From: a virus
Length of the DNA stretch: 64,000 bases
Virus record (IMG/VR): IMGVR_UViG_3300037797_000149
Coordinates: 1-64,000 of that record
Direction: 5' to 3' (one strand)
The translations under genes and the position numbers were made by a program. Each line of letters opens with the position of its first letter. Position 1 is the first letter of the stretch. Under the pieces are notes generated by a model that saw only the letters and a program-made list of their open reading frames with translations, was not told the origin of the DNA and did no database searches. Shown in pieces: positions 9,119-18,003 of the stretch.

Positions 9119-9394
9119 TCAAAATTCTGCCGGAGTAGACCTGTCTATTCGGAGTCCCCCGCGATTGAGGCCCGGCGGAGTGTCGAAAACGTTGACCCCA
9201 GTGGCCCCGCTGGGCGCGACGGCCCTTTCGTTCTCGGCGATCCACGTCCGGGCCGACTCCGTTGTGCGTCTCATGGCGGCCCGTATCTGTTCGGTGGTGG
9301 CGGGGTCCTCAGTGCTGAATTCTTCTGTGATGGTGACGTTTCGCTCACCACATCGGATGATGATGGTCACTTCGTTGCTCACATCATTGCTCAT
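9119..9394 (-). CDS. hypothetical protein
   Basis: ORF 9119..9403 trimmed to ATG 9394: GGAGG lies 8 nt upstream and there is an ATGA overlap with the upstream stop. Confidence 0.5.
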   Translation of the reverse strand: MSNDVSNEVTIIIRCGERNVTITEEFSTEDPATTEQIRAAMRRTTESARTWIAENERAVAPSGATGVNVFDTPPGLNRGGLRIDRSTPAEF

Positions 9395-9939
9395 GGGGTC
9401 CATCCTCCAATCTTCTCCCGGGCGAAGGCGCCCGCGTATCCCACCAGGCGGGAATCCGCGATCCCAGGGGCACCTGGTGCCTGCGCGGGCGGGGTTTCAG
9501 GCCGGCCCCTGGCAAAGTCCCGCGACCAGTCCATGAACCCTCCGGGAGCGTAAATGCGGTCCGGGTCATAGAAGACCACATTCCACCGTTCCACCTCGGC
9601 CAGGGTCAGTGTCTGGACGTCGAGCTCGGCTGTAGCGTTCGAGGTGATCTGGTGGAAGATGGACACTGAGGCGCGCTCGGTTTCACGGTCGACGATGTGG
9701 TCGATGTCCGGATGCTCAGCGACGTAGGAATGCAGGAATTCCACCGCGTCCACGGCGGAGTACAATCCCCGGGCGGCCAGGATCCGCTTGGCCTCACTGA
9801 TCGGGTCGACCACGGCTTCCACCACTGGCGCCGGATCGTCCGATTCAGCCACTGCAGGCGTTGCAGATGTCGCTTTTGCGATCGGGACCGGGGACTTTTT
9901 CGCCGGCCTCTTCTTGGCGGTTGTCTTCCGTGCGGTCAT
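9391..9939 (-). CDS. hypothetical protein (basic Ala/Lys-rich N-terminus)
   Basis: ORF 9391..10161 trimmed to ATG 9939, which forms an ATGA overlap with the stop of 9936..10661. Confidence 0.55.
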   Translation of the reverse strand: MTARKTTAKKRPAKKSPVPIAKATSATPAVAESDDPAPVVEAVVDPISEAKRILAARGLYSAVDAVEFLHSYVAEHPDIDHIVDRETERASVSIFHQITSNATAELDVQTLTLAEVERWNVVFYDPDRIYAPGGFMDWSRDFARGRPETPPAQAPGAPGIADSRLVGYAGAFAREKIGGWTP

Positions 9940-10661
9940 AGGTCGGTCACCTTCTTCTCGTTTCGTATCGGGGAACCGGAAAGCAAGGCGCCCCAGGTCG
10001 CGGTGAGGTTGGTCCGTACGATCTCGTCCAGCCGGTTTATGCCAAGATACTGGTACATGTCGATGGTCTTCTTTGAGACGTAACAGATCTGGGTCGCGGA
10101 ATCGGAGATCGTGCGTTCGGCGAACTGGTTCTCCGCTTCCGACCAGGACCTTTGCAGCCACACCACAGTGGCCGCCTGGGAGAGGTCCAGCCCGATCGGA
10201 ACCGACGAGATGTTCTGAACCAGGAATGGTAATTCGCCCGAACTGAACAAATCGGCGATTCTCTTCACCGCCTCGGGATTTTGGGTAATTCCGGGATCGA
10301 TTTGCCGGACATTGCCCCGGCTGGCCGCCAGGGAGAAGATTTTCCGGTGAATTATCGTTGTCAGCTGGCTGGACTGGGTGAAATACACGACCGGGCCGGG
10401 GCTGTACATCGAATCATTTACAGCCCGTGATCCGGACGATCGTCCCCAGGACGACGACAGCTGAACCTCTCCGGTGGTCTTCCAATGTCTGAAATCTCCG
10501 GTTGCGGAGGCGAACGCGGACAGCACCGTCAGGTAAGCGATGCCGTGTTTAGACCCGAGAATGTCAACACCGGCGTTCCGGGTCAGGGAGAGGCATAGCT
10601 TCCGGTACTCCGCTGCCTGCTTTTCCGACATGGGGGTAGTCCTGTACTCCATTGCGGTCAT
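9936..10661 (-). CDS. helicase C-terminal-domain-like protein (no Walker A/B visible)
   Basis: 'FLVQNISSVPIGLDLSQAATVVWLQRSWSEAENQFAERT' resembles SF2/SNF2 motifs V-VI. Start is ATG 10661 (ATGA overlap). Confidence 0.4.
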   Translation of the reverse strand: MTAMEYRTTPMSEKQAAEYRKLCLSLTRNAGVDILGSKHGIAYLTVLSAFASATGDFRHWKTTGEVQLSSSWGRSSGSRAVNDSMYSPGPVVYFTQSSQLTTIIHRKIFSLAASRGNVRQIDPGITQNPEAVKRIADLFSSGELPFLVQNISSVPIGLDLSQAATVVWLQRSWSEAENQFAERTISDSATQICYVSKKTIDMYQYLGINRLDEIVRTNLTATWGALLSGSPIRNEKKVTDL

Positions 10662-10885
10662 TCCCACGTCGCCAGAGATTCAATGTTCCCGCCGGCGTCG
10701 AGGAAAGTGAACGTCACCACGGGATTGCGGACTTCCAGGTCGAAATCTTCGATCAGATCTCGCAGGTCCATCTTGCCGGCAATCATCTCGTCGGCAAGAT
10801 GTGCGGCATCGACATGACGTCCCAGCTGGAATTCCCTGGCGGTGTCCTTGACCTCGATTTGGATCTTCAAGACTCGCTCACTCAT
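10658..10885 (-). CDS. hypothetical protein
   Basis: 75-aa ORF, start/stop coupled to both neighbours. Confidence 0.55.
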   Translation of the reverse strand: MSERVLKIQIEVKDTAREFQLGRHVDAAHLADEMIAGKMDLRDLIEDFDLEVRNPVVTFTFLDAGGNIESLATWE

Positions 10886-11406
10886 CAGAACGAGGCCCCC
10901 TCAATAGTCTGCTGTGGCGCGACGCCGGACAGGCCCGCTTCAACCAGCACCCGGCGGGAGATGTCGGTCATGTACTGGTACCCGGAATCGTCGATGGACC
11001 AGCAGGCCGCGACGAGCTCGGGAGCTCCGGGCGCGAAGACCACCGAGGAGCGGTCGACCTCAGCGGCGATCAGTTCCTCGTCGCTGAGTCCGGCGACTGC
11101 GGGTGGGTGACACCGCGTGCACGGATGGTCGCCTTCCTCGAGTTCTGACGCGGGCATCACGACACCGTAGCCACAGGCGCTCGTGCCCTGGTTCAGTGCG
11201 TGGTAGACGTCAGAGCATCCGACCCGCTCGAGGGCGTAACCGCCATCGTCGAGGCGGTATATCGTCATCTCGGTCCAGCGCAGGCCGTCGGCATCGCGCA
11301 GCCGCCCTCCGCGCCGGCGGCCAGAGTCGCGGGTGGAACCGTGTGCCAGCTGTTCACCGTGGATGACGATGGCTTGGTCCGAATTGTAGATCGTGAATGC
11401 GGTCAT
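10885..11406 (-). CDS. hypothetical protein
   Basis: 173-aa ORF with RBS AGGAGG upstream of ATG 11406. A promoter lies just upstream. Confidence 0.6.
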   Translation of the reverse strand: MTAFTIYNSDQAIVIHGEQLAHGSTRDSGRRRGGRLRDADGLRWTEMTIYRLDDGGYALERVGCSDVYHALNQGTSACGYGVVMPASELEEGDHPCTRCHPPAVAGLSDEELIAAEVDRSSVVFAPGAPELVAACWSIDDSGYQYMTDISRRVLVEAGLSGVAPQQTIEGASF

Positions 11407-11445
11407 GAAGGGCCTCCTGGAGGTCTGGTGTCGTTGTCGATCGTT

Positions 11446-11474
11446 ACTGTATCAGAGTCGGGGGAGTGTGTCAT
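11446..11474 (-). promoter_or_regulatory. promoter, conserved family (ATGACA-17-TGaTACAGT)
   Basis: The minus strand reads atgacacactcccccgactcTGATACAGT. Member of the tGACAC...TGnTACAGT family. Confidence 0.55.
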
Positions 11475-11697
11475 CCCGCAGCATCCTTCTCACCAGCGAA
11501 GTCAAGATCGTGACATCGGTGAATTTGATGCGATGAGTGTTGCGAACGGCGGCCGACCGCCACGACCCTGGGGACACTTCCCGGGCGTACACGGCGCCGA
11601 AAGACCCCCGGTTGGCGGTGACCTTGCACAGAACGCCATCATCGTCCCACATCACCGTGTACAGGTATTTGGTTACGAAGACCCTGAATTTCCCCAC
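11452..11697 (-). CDS. hypothetical protein
   Basis: 81-aa ORF with a GTG start that overlaps the WhiB gene's 3' end. Confidence 0.45.
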   Translation of the reverse strand: MGKFRVFVTKYLYTVMWDDDGVLCKVTANRGSFGAVYAREVSPGSWRSAAVRNTHRIKFTDVTILTSLVRRMLRDDTLPRL

Positions 11698-11990
11698 AGC
11701 AGCCCTTTCATTTCGAGAGCTTCCAGCGCGTTTTTCAGAAGATGCCGGCGTCTCTCGGAGGATTTCAGCTGCGACATCTCATAGCCCCCGAAGACTCCGA
11801 AGCGGTCATCGCGGGACAGTGACGACGCTAGGCACTGCAGCCGGACCGGGCAATGATTCCAGCACACGTTCCGGGCCTGATCTCGCTGGTCTTCAGCAAT
11901 CGCGGTGGTCCCGACGATGAAGAATTCTTCAGGATTCCGGCCGAGGCATGCGGCCTGGTCCCGCCATGACGATCTGAATTCGTCAGACAT
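11673..11990 (-). CDS. whiB: WhiB-family transcription factor
   Basis: Four Cys in a WhiB arrangement ('AACLG...CWNHCPVRLQC') and a 'FGVFGG' turn. Trimmed to ATG 11990. Confidence 0.8.
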   Translation of the reverse strand: MSDEFRSSWRDQAACLGRNPEEFFIVGTTAIAEDQRDQARNVCWNHCPVRLQCLASSLSRDDRFGVFGGYEMSQLKSSERRRHLLKNALEALEMKGLLWGNSGSS

Positions 11991-12237
11991 TGCCGTACGC
12001 ACTTTCCGCCGCGTTCTCTTCATCTTCAGCGACGGTCAGCGGGTCCAGGCCCAGCATGGAGATCAAATCTCTCGCTTCAAGCATGAAGGCCGGCCCTTTC
12101 ACGTCGTCGATTCCAGATTCGCAGTCCTGGAATCCGGAAGTGTTCTCGATCACCGTTATCCGGGCCGAGTGGATCATTTCGGGGGGCAGTGGTTTCACGA
12201 TGAAGATCACACTGCTCTTTCCGGTCTCGATTCCCAT
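11983..12237 (-). CDS. hypothetical protein
   Basis: ORF 11983..12498 trimmed to ATG 12237 (RBS GGAAGAGG). The upstream part of the ORF is the alternate frame of the methyltransferase remnant. Confidence 0.5.
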   Translation of the reverse strand: MGIETGKSSVIFIVKPLPPEMIHSARITVIENTSGFQDCESGIDDVKGPAFMLEARDLISMLGLDPLTVAEDEENAAESAYGNV

Positions 12238-12840
12238 GTATCGCCTCTTCCAGTCGCACTTCGGAGAATGTGGTAAGCCAGTAAAGGAGGAATTGCGTTT
12301 CCGACCTGGCGAAAACGTTTGGTCTTGGTGCCCTGCCACGGGAACCCCGCCGGGAAGCTCTGAAGCGCCGCCGCTTCCTCCACGGTGACCCGGATGGCCC
12401 CGGCCTGTTGCGACCCGGACGTGTGCTCGTCGTGATGGCCAGGTTTGGAGATGCGCGGGTCCCCGTTCACCGTCGTGGACGGGCGCTTGTCCGGCCACAG
12501 GGCGTCCAGCGAATGACCGACCAGGCCGCCCTTGCTCGACCGCCGAGTGGTGGTAATGGTGGTGGCAGGACGGTCATTGGCCCACTCCACGCCACTAGGG
12601 TGCGATCCGCTTCCCTCAGCCCTGATCGTGTACGAGGGGGCCTGGTCGGTAGGGCGGGGCTCGCGTGCCGCGCCTGGGCCGGAGTTGCGCCGCTGCGCGG
12701 GTGGCCACGGCGGCGTCATCGTTCTCCACGCCGATCGTGTCGACCCCCAGTTCCAGCGCCGCGACATCCCAGCCACCTGCTCCAGCGAATAAGTCGACAG
12801 CCCTCACAAGGTGGTCCTCCCGCTCACTGGCACTTGTCAT
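12207..12840 (-). pseudogene. degenerate DNA (cytosine-5) methyltransferase: frameshifted and lacking catalytic motifs IV-VIII
   Basis: Motif I 'DLFAGAGGW' is in frame A (12840..12616). Motifs IX/X 'QSFPAGF...RQVGNAIPP' are in frame B (..12207). No PCQ or ENV motif appears in any frame. Confidence 0.7.
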
Positions 12841-13142
12841 CCCGTGAACCACTCCTGCTCGCGCAAGAGGGCGGTGACCTCAGCGTAGTTCGCCGACAGC
12901 TCGGAGCCGTCGGGTTTGAATGCGTTCGTGAAGCGGGTCAGGCAACGTTCGGCGACCTCTTTCTCGGGTATGTCGAACGGCCGGGCATCGAATTCGGCCA
13001 GCACTTCACCGACCATGATGGAAGCCACCTGATTGGCCTCGACACCTGTGATGTTGCGTTCGGCGCAGTAGTCCTGCGACAGGGTCAGTGCCCCGAGGAT
13101 GAGGATTTGCCGTGTTCTGGGGATGTCGTGAGTTTCAGTCAT
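12837..13142 (-). CDS. hypothetical protein
   Basis: 101-aa ORF with RBS AAGGAG. First gene downstream of promoter 13189..13218. Confidence 0.6.
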   Translation of the reverse strand: MTETHDIPRTRQILILGALTLSQDYCAERNITGVEANQVASIMVGEVLAEFDARPFDIPEKEVAERCLTRFTNAFKPDGSELSANYAEVTALLREQEWFTG

Positions 13143-13188
13143 GTGGGGTCTCCTTGCTGGTAAGCGGTCACTGTCGGTATCGAGAGTT

Positions 13189-13218
13189 ACTGTACCAGTC
13201 CTCCGGTTTCGGTGTCTA
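13189..13218 (-). promoter_or_regulatory. promoter, conserved family (TAGACA-18-TGgTACAGT)
   Basis: The minus strand reads tagacaccgaaaccggaggacTGGTACAGT, in a divergent intergenic region. Confidence 0.55.
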
Positions 13219-13278
13219 GATCATGAGGATCTTTTACCCCGGTTGCATTGAGCTGCACCCGGCTGCAGAATTCAGACC

Positions 13279-13497
13279 ATGACGTGGATGACCAGACAAG
13301 AAGCCGCCGATCATCTGAAGGTGAGCCTTCGGACGATCGATGCCATGAAGGCGAACGGGAGGATCGGGTTCCACGAGATCGAGATGCCTGGCGGCAGGAA
13401 GCTGATCCGGTTCAGCACCGAAGATCTGGACGGTCTGGCGCAGCCCAGACGCAACGAACCCCGCCACTGGTGGCAGCGGCGGGGTTCGAAGGAGTGA
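13279..13497 (+). CDS. helix-turn-helix DNA-binding protein (MerR/excisionase-like HTH_17)
   Basis: 'TRQEAADHLKVSLRTIDAMKANGRIGFH' is a typical Xis/MerR-type HTH. Lone plus-strand gene in a leftward block. TTGCAT-17-CAGAAT plus 7 nt before the ATG suggests a leaderless mRNA. Confidence 0.65.
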   Translation: MTWMTRQEAADHLKVSLRTIDAMKANGRIGFHEIEMPGGRKLIRFSTEDLDGLAQPRRNEPRHWWQRRGSKE

Positions 13498-13503
13498 ACG
13501 CCT

Positions 13504-13983
13504 CTAGAACGGCGGCTCGTCGTCGATGTCGGCATCGGCGGTGTTGCCGAGGTCCGGCTCGTCGAATGTGGTGTCGTCCGGCGGCTCGTACTTGGCCTTG
13601 AACTGCCGGGCCGGAGAGCCCTTGCCGGTCTTCTTGTCGCCGGTGTACTTCACCTTCAGCGTGCCGCTCTTGCGGATCGACAGTGCCTTCTCGCCCTCGC
13701 CGGCGGCAGCTTTGAGAGCCTCCCGGACGGCCGCGAACAGAGCCGACGGCTTGCCCATCCAGAGATTGAGCTCGTCGCCGTCGATGTTCAGGCCGACGAC
13801 GACGTTCATCTTCGGCTGGGTCTCATTCTTGTCCCAGAATTCCAGCTCGCCCGTGCTGAAATCGCGGGACTGGACTTCGGTGGGTTCCTCGGTCACCGTT
13901 CCGGTGACCACGGTGCCGACCTTGGCACTCTTCCAAGAGACCGCCGGCTTCTTATCGGGTGTGTCGAACGGATCGTCGGACAT
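13504..13983 (-). CDS. SSB-like / ssDNA-binding or annealing protein with host-type acidic tip
   Basis: 159 aa ending '...DIDDEPPF', the actinobacterial SSB C-terminal tip. Next to the exonuclease gene. Confidence 0.5.
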   Translation of the reverse strand: MSDDPFDTPDKKPAVSWKSAKVGTVVTGTVTEEPTEVQSRDFSTGELEFWDKNETQPKMNVVVGLNIDGDELNLWMGKPSALFAAVREALKAAAGEGEKALSIRKSGTLKVKYTGDKKTGKGSPARQFKAKYEPPDDTTFDEPDLGNTADADIDDEPPF

Positions 13984-14042
13984 GTGTGTCGCCTTTCCTT
14001 CATACCTTGTGCGGGGGTGGTGGCTCTCAGGCGGTTCTCCGC

Positions 14043-14291
14043 CTAAGCGAATGGGTCGTCATCGTCGTCGTACCGGTTCTCGAAACGATCGATGGCGTGG
14101 GAGGAGATGTGCTGGTCACAGACATACCCGCCATCTTTGCCCATGGCATAGTCCCCCTCGGTGATGGAGGCGCCGCACTCATCGCAACGGCTGTAGAACG
14201 AAGCGATGAACACGGTTCCCAGATCTTCATTGGAGGCCGGGTTGCAGAAGTCGCACCACTCCTCTTCGACGCCGTGCTTGCATTCGGACAT
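14043..14291 (-). CDS. zinc-ribbon protein with acidic aromatic C-terminus
   Basis: 82 aa with Cys pairs 'CDFC...CDEC' and ending 'DDDDDPFA'. Confidence 0.55.
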   Translation of the reverse strand: MSECKHGVEEEWCDFCNPASNEDLGTVFIASFYSRCDECGASITEGDYAMGKDGGYVCDQHISSHAIDRFENRYDDDDDPFA

Positions 14292-14297
14292 TTCGGC

Positions 14298-15950
14298 CTA
14301 GTCCCAGTCGTCGTCATCGTCGATCAAGGCCACTTCGGCCGTCAGGATCTCGGCTTTGCGCGATACCGCCGCTCGAGTATGGCGGTCGGACCACAGCGTG
14401 TTCTTGTAGTCCTTCCACAGGTCGGAGAGCTTCTGTTCGGTGGCCGCTTCCAAAACGGCCGCGAGCAGGCTGGCCTTGGTCTTGATGACACCATCGACAT
14501 CGAGCGGAACCTCGGCGGGGGCGTTCTTGGCGGCCTGCGTCTCGCGCAGTTCCTCGAGGTCGCTTTGCAGCGCTTTGACATCGGGGCCAGGGGGCGGTCC
14601 TGCGGCTTCGACATCCCACTCGTCATCGGAGGGGGCGGGGGCCAGAGGTACGTCACTCCAAGGCCCTGATGCCTTGGCTTCGGCATCCCAGTCATCGTCA
14701 GATTCGGGTTCGCCATCGCGCACGGCTTCAACTTCGGCCTTGGCCTCAGGGTCCTGAAGTATGAGCTCGAGCTTGGCTTTGGCGTCGCGGCGCAGCTTGT
14801 ACGACCACCAGTCGCCCGATCCGGTATTGACCGCGAGATAGCGGGCAGTCTTGCTTTCCCCGACTTTGACCGGCTGAGTCGTCCACGACGGATCGAGCCC
14901 GGCCGCCAACCATTCCTCGGGCCATTGTTCGTCGTCGAAATCGCTGAGATGTCCAGATTCCAGATACTTGCCTGGGTCGGCGGCGTTCTTCGCTTTACCG
15001 GTAGCCGTCGTGGACTTTGTCTTCGGCTTCTTAGCCGGTTCGTCGTCCCAATCGTCGTCGCCAGAGATGGCGGGGGCCTCTTCGACGGTCTCCTCGATTG
15101 AGAAGTCGAGCGCCTGCACGTAGCCTTTGCGGCTGCGAAGTTCACGCACCTTCTTGGACGCCTGTGCGACTTCGCCTCCGAAAGCGAGGTCGATCTCGTA
15201 CAGTTTCGGATCGGCGAGCCCAACCGGGAGGTGCATCACCATGGCCTTGTCAGGGTTGATCGGGGGCATTTCGACAAGCTCTTCGGTTTCAAGATCGTAG
15301 TAGTGCGTGGCCCGGGAGTAGGCGAAGAGCTGGCAGGCGATCTCCATCCAGGCGTACTGAACACTGTGCCCAGTTTTTAGATCTGCCACAATGTGGTCCT
15401 CGCCCCATGGCGGGAAAAATCCGAGACGGTCCAGAGTTCCGGCTACGCCCAATTCGGGAACGACGACCACGGTCTCGACGAATTTCGGGTCGATTTTGAG
15501 GCCGGCTTCTTTGACGATTTCCACGTAAGCCTTGACGTCGGCGTCCCACGGCTCGGGAACGGTGACCTTCTGCTTGAGGTCGACCTTCTCGGTGAAAGTA
15601 TGCAACGCGGTGCCCAGACGGGATTTCTTCGACTTGCCGGCCGCCTCCATGGCGGTTTCGGCGATCGTGTTCAGAGCGGTCTTATCTTCCTCGTGGGTGC
15701 CCGCCGCCTCCGCATAGAGATCCGGGCGCAGGCTCATGCCTTTGGCGACCAGGCGGTTCTCGTACAGATTCAGGTTGTACGTGTCGGCCACGGCTTTGGC
15801 GAATGTGGTCACCCGGGTCCAGGCTTGGCGTTTTCCGGTGTCGGGATTGGGGAGCAGGTAGCGGCCGTACTGGTCTCGCTTGATTTGAAGCGGCGGTTCG
15901 CCGGGAGGATTCTCATCGGAGAACGGGTCGTGGACCGGTGTGTCGGGCAT
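14298..15950 (-). CDS. PD-(D/E)XK RecB-family exonuclease with long acidic C-terminal extension
   Basis: 550 aa. 'GTLDRLG...IVADLKTG...QLFAY' matches the D..(D/E)xK..Q.xY nuclease core. The C-terminal half is Asp/Glu/Lys-rich and ends 'DDDDDWD'. Confidence 0.65.
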   Translation of the reverse strand: MPDTPVHDPFSDENPPGEPPLQIKRDQYGRYLLPNPDTGKRQAWTRVTTFAKAVADTYNLNLYENRLVAKGMSLRPDLYAEAAGTHEEDKTALNTIAETAMEAAGKSKKSRLGTALHTFTEKVDLKQKVTVPEPWDADVKAYVEIVKEAGLKIDPKFVETVVVVPELGVAGTLDRLGFFPPWGEDHIVADLKTGHSVQYAWMEIACQLFAYSRATHYYDLETEELVEMPPINPDKAMVMHLPVGLADPKLYEIDLAFGGEVAQASKKVRELRSRKGYVQALDFSIEETVEEAPAISGDDDWDDEPAKKPKTKSTTATGKAKNAADPGKYLESGHLSDFDDEQWPEEWLAAGLDPSWTTQPVKVGESKTARYLAVNTGSGDWWSYKLRRDAKAKLELILQDPEAKAEVEAVRDGEPESDDDWDAEAKASGPWSDVPLAPAPSDDEWDVEAAGPPPGPDVKALQSDLEELRETQAAKNAPAEVPLDVDGVIKTKASLLAAVLEAATEQKLSDLWKDYKNTLWSDRHTRAAVSRKAEILTAEVALIDDDDDWD

Positions 15951-15981
15951 GGGTCTCCTCGTCGGGGATTTTCCAAGTCGA

Positions 15982-16010
15982 ATTGTATCAGGTCAGAGTC
16001 AGAGTGTACA
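15982..16010 (-). promoter_or_regulatory. promoter, conserved family (TGTACA-17-TGaTACAAT)
   Basis: The minus strand reads tgtacactctgactctgaccTGATACAAT, upstream of the exonuclease gene. Confidence 0.5.
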
Positions 16011-16027
16011 CGCAGCCGGCGAAAAAT

Positions 16028-17674
16028 TCAGGCCCTCACCTTGGGATCGAGCGCCCGGGACGCCATGGTGACAGAAATCTTGTCGCTCAGCTCGGCGACA
16101 TGCTCGTTTCCGGTGACGTCGACACCTTGCGACAACGCGAAATCGACCTGTTTTTTCCTCGGGCGGGATTTTTTCTTCCGCCAGGCCGCCTGCCGCCCAG
16201 AAATCGAGACATCAGAATGCTGGTCGTCGTCCTCCCGGGCGTAATTTTCCGCCCATGACATGGCGTAGGACAGCGTCAGGCCGTCATGCAGGAGGTTATA
16301 GCCACCGCGGGTGCGGTGGTAAACGTAGAAGGTCTGGCCGTCCTTTTTGGGCCACAGGAAGTACATCCCGGTGGCGGTGGGGATGAACCAGACGCCTTTC
16401 ACGGTTTGCAGCCAGGCGGATTTGGACGCCGCGAACAGGTCGACGTCGTCGTAGCTCATCGATCCGCTGGCGCCCTTGCGCTGATCGGCGTAAGCGCCGG
16501 CGATCAGTTCCTCGAGGTCGGTCTCGCCTTCGCCTTCACCGTAGATGAGCTCGATGTCCTTGTCCCGGGTGCGGTCGGACAGGTCGGACAGGTTGGCCAG
16601 GCGATGGTCCGCGCTGGCGCCTATGACGTCCAGGATGAGCGCGTCCGCCTTGCCCGGATAGGTGCGCAGGACCCGCCCACACATCTGCACATACAGCGGT
16701 GCTGACGTGGTGGGGCGGGCGATGACCGCGCATGACACGTGCGGGGCGTCCCAGCCTTCAGTAAGGAGCATGGCGTTGGAGAGCACCTGGATGTCGCCAG
16801 CAGTGAACCGCTTCAACGTCGCCCGGCGGTCTTCCAGCGGCATGTCGCCCCACACCGGTTCGCAGGTGATGCCCGCCTCGCGCATGTCCTGGGCGAACAG
16901 GTGGGCGGTGGCCACGCTGGGCGCGAAGATGACCCCGGCGCGGTCGGCGGCATACTCGGTGTACGCCTTGGCGATCACCTGTCCGGCCCCCGCGTCCGCT
17001 AGTTCGTCTCCGAGCTCGCCGACGGCGAAATCACCCCGGGTGAGGCGGATATCGGACAGATCCAGATCGCCGACCCGCACCCGCCGGCCCCGGACCGGAA
17101 CCAAGTGGCCTTCACTGATCAGCTCGAGGATGTCCTTGGTATAGGAGACCTTCTCGATGACGTCGGACAGACGTTTCTCGTCGTTTCGGGCGAGCGTGGC
17201 GGTGACGCCGATCATAGGCACTGGGTCGGCTTCGTCGAAACACCCCAGCCGGGTGAGAACACTGCGGTAGCTGTCGGAACTGATGTGGTGACATTCGTCG
17301 GTGATCACCAATCCGACGTCGGTCAGCCTTTCCGTACGTCCCGGGCGCACCAGGGTCTGCACACTGGCCACCACGACGTCGGCATCGTGTTCATCACGGT
17401 CGGCCTTCACCACCCCGACTGACAACCCCGGCGCCACCTGAGAGATCTTGTCTACGGCTTGCAGGACGAGCTCGTCACGGTGCGCCAGGACCAGCGAACG
17501 CTTGTGATGCGGATTGAACTCGTGCTGTTCGGCGATCAGGTGGCTAAAGATGACGGTCTTTCCCGACCCCGTGGCCAGGACCAGCGCGAGGCGGCTGAAT
17601 CCGTCGGCCATGTCCTTTTTGACGGCGTCGATTGCCTCGCGCTGATAATTTCGGAGTGGTAGTAGTTGGGTCAT
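16028..17674 (-). CDS. SF2 DEAH-box DNA helicase
   Basis: 'ATGSGKT' (motif I), 'DECHH' (motif II) and 'QMCGRVLR' (motif VI). Trimmed to ATG 17674 (ATGA overlap). Confidence 0.8.
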   Translation of the reverse strand: MTQLLPLRNYQREAIDAVKKDMADGFSRLALVLATGSGKTVIFSHLIAEQHEFNPHHKRSLVLAHRDELVLQAVDKISQVAPGLSVGVVKADRDEHDADVVVASVQTLVRPGRTERLTDVGLVITDECHHISSDSYRSVLTRLGCFDEADPVPMIGVTATLARNDEKRLSDVIEKVSYTKDILELISEGHLVPVRGRRVRVGDLDLSDIRLTRGDFAVGELGDELADAGAGQVIAKAYTEYAADRAGVIFAPSVATAHLFAQDMREAGITCEPVWGDMPLEDRRATLKRFTAGDIQVLSNAMLLTEGWDAPHVSCAVIARPTTSAPLYVQMCGRVLRTYPGKADALILDVIGASADHRLANLSDLSDRTRDKDIELIYGEGEGETDLEELIAGAYADQRKGASGSMSYDDVDLFAASKSAWLQTVKGVWFIPTATGMYFLWPKKDGQTFYVYHRTRGGYNLLHDGLTLSYAMSWAENYAREDDDQHSDVSISGRQAAWRKKKSRPRKKQVDFALSQGVDVTGNEHVAELSDKISVTMASRALDPKVRA

Positions 17675-18003
17675 TCGTCCGGGTCCCGCCATTCGATCTC
17701 GAACAGATGCCGCATCAGCCCGGAAGCGGTGTACCAGGTTCCGACATAAGTCAGCGTGTTCTTATCCCGAGCAGGCCCGAAGACGAGGTCTTCGTCGGTG
17801 AGATGCCCGGTTCCGACGATCAGAAATCGGCGATCCTCCTGGAACTGGGCGCCTGAAGCATCCAGTTTCACCCACATCGTGGGGACCCCGTTCTGCTCCC
17901 GGACTGTCAGGATTTGCGAGTACATCGGCATGCGGATCGTCGCCTCCGCAGGATCCGAACCAGGGTCGGGGACGATCGGGTACTTCCAGACAGTGAAGAT
18001 CAT
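17671..18003 (-). CDS. hypothetical protein
   Basis: ORF 17671..18408 trimmed to ATG 18003 (ATGA overlap with 18000..18632). Confidence 0.55.
   Translation of the reverse strand: MIFTVWKYPIVPDPGSDPAEATIRMPMYSQILTVREQNGVPTMWVKLDASGAQFQEDRRFLIVGTGHLTDEDLVFGPARDKNTLTYVGTWYTASGLMRHLFEIEWRDPDE

Noticed and set aside
12616-12776. Programmed +1 frameshift that would produce a functional methyltransferase from the two frames.
   Set aside because: Even a fused product would lack motifs IV, VI and VIII (PCQ, ENV, QxRxR), so recoding would not restore a catalytic enzyme. Decay is the simpler reading.
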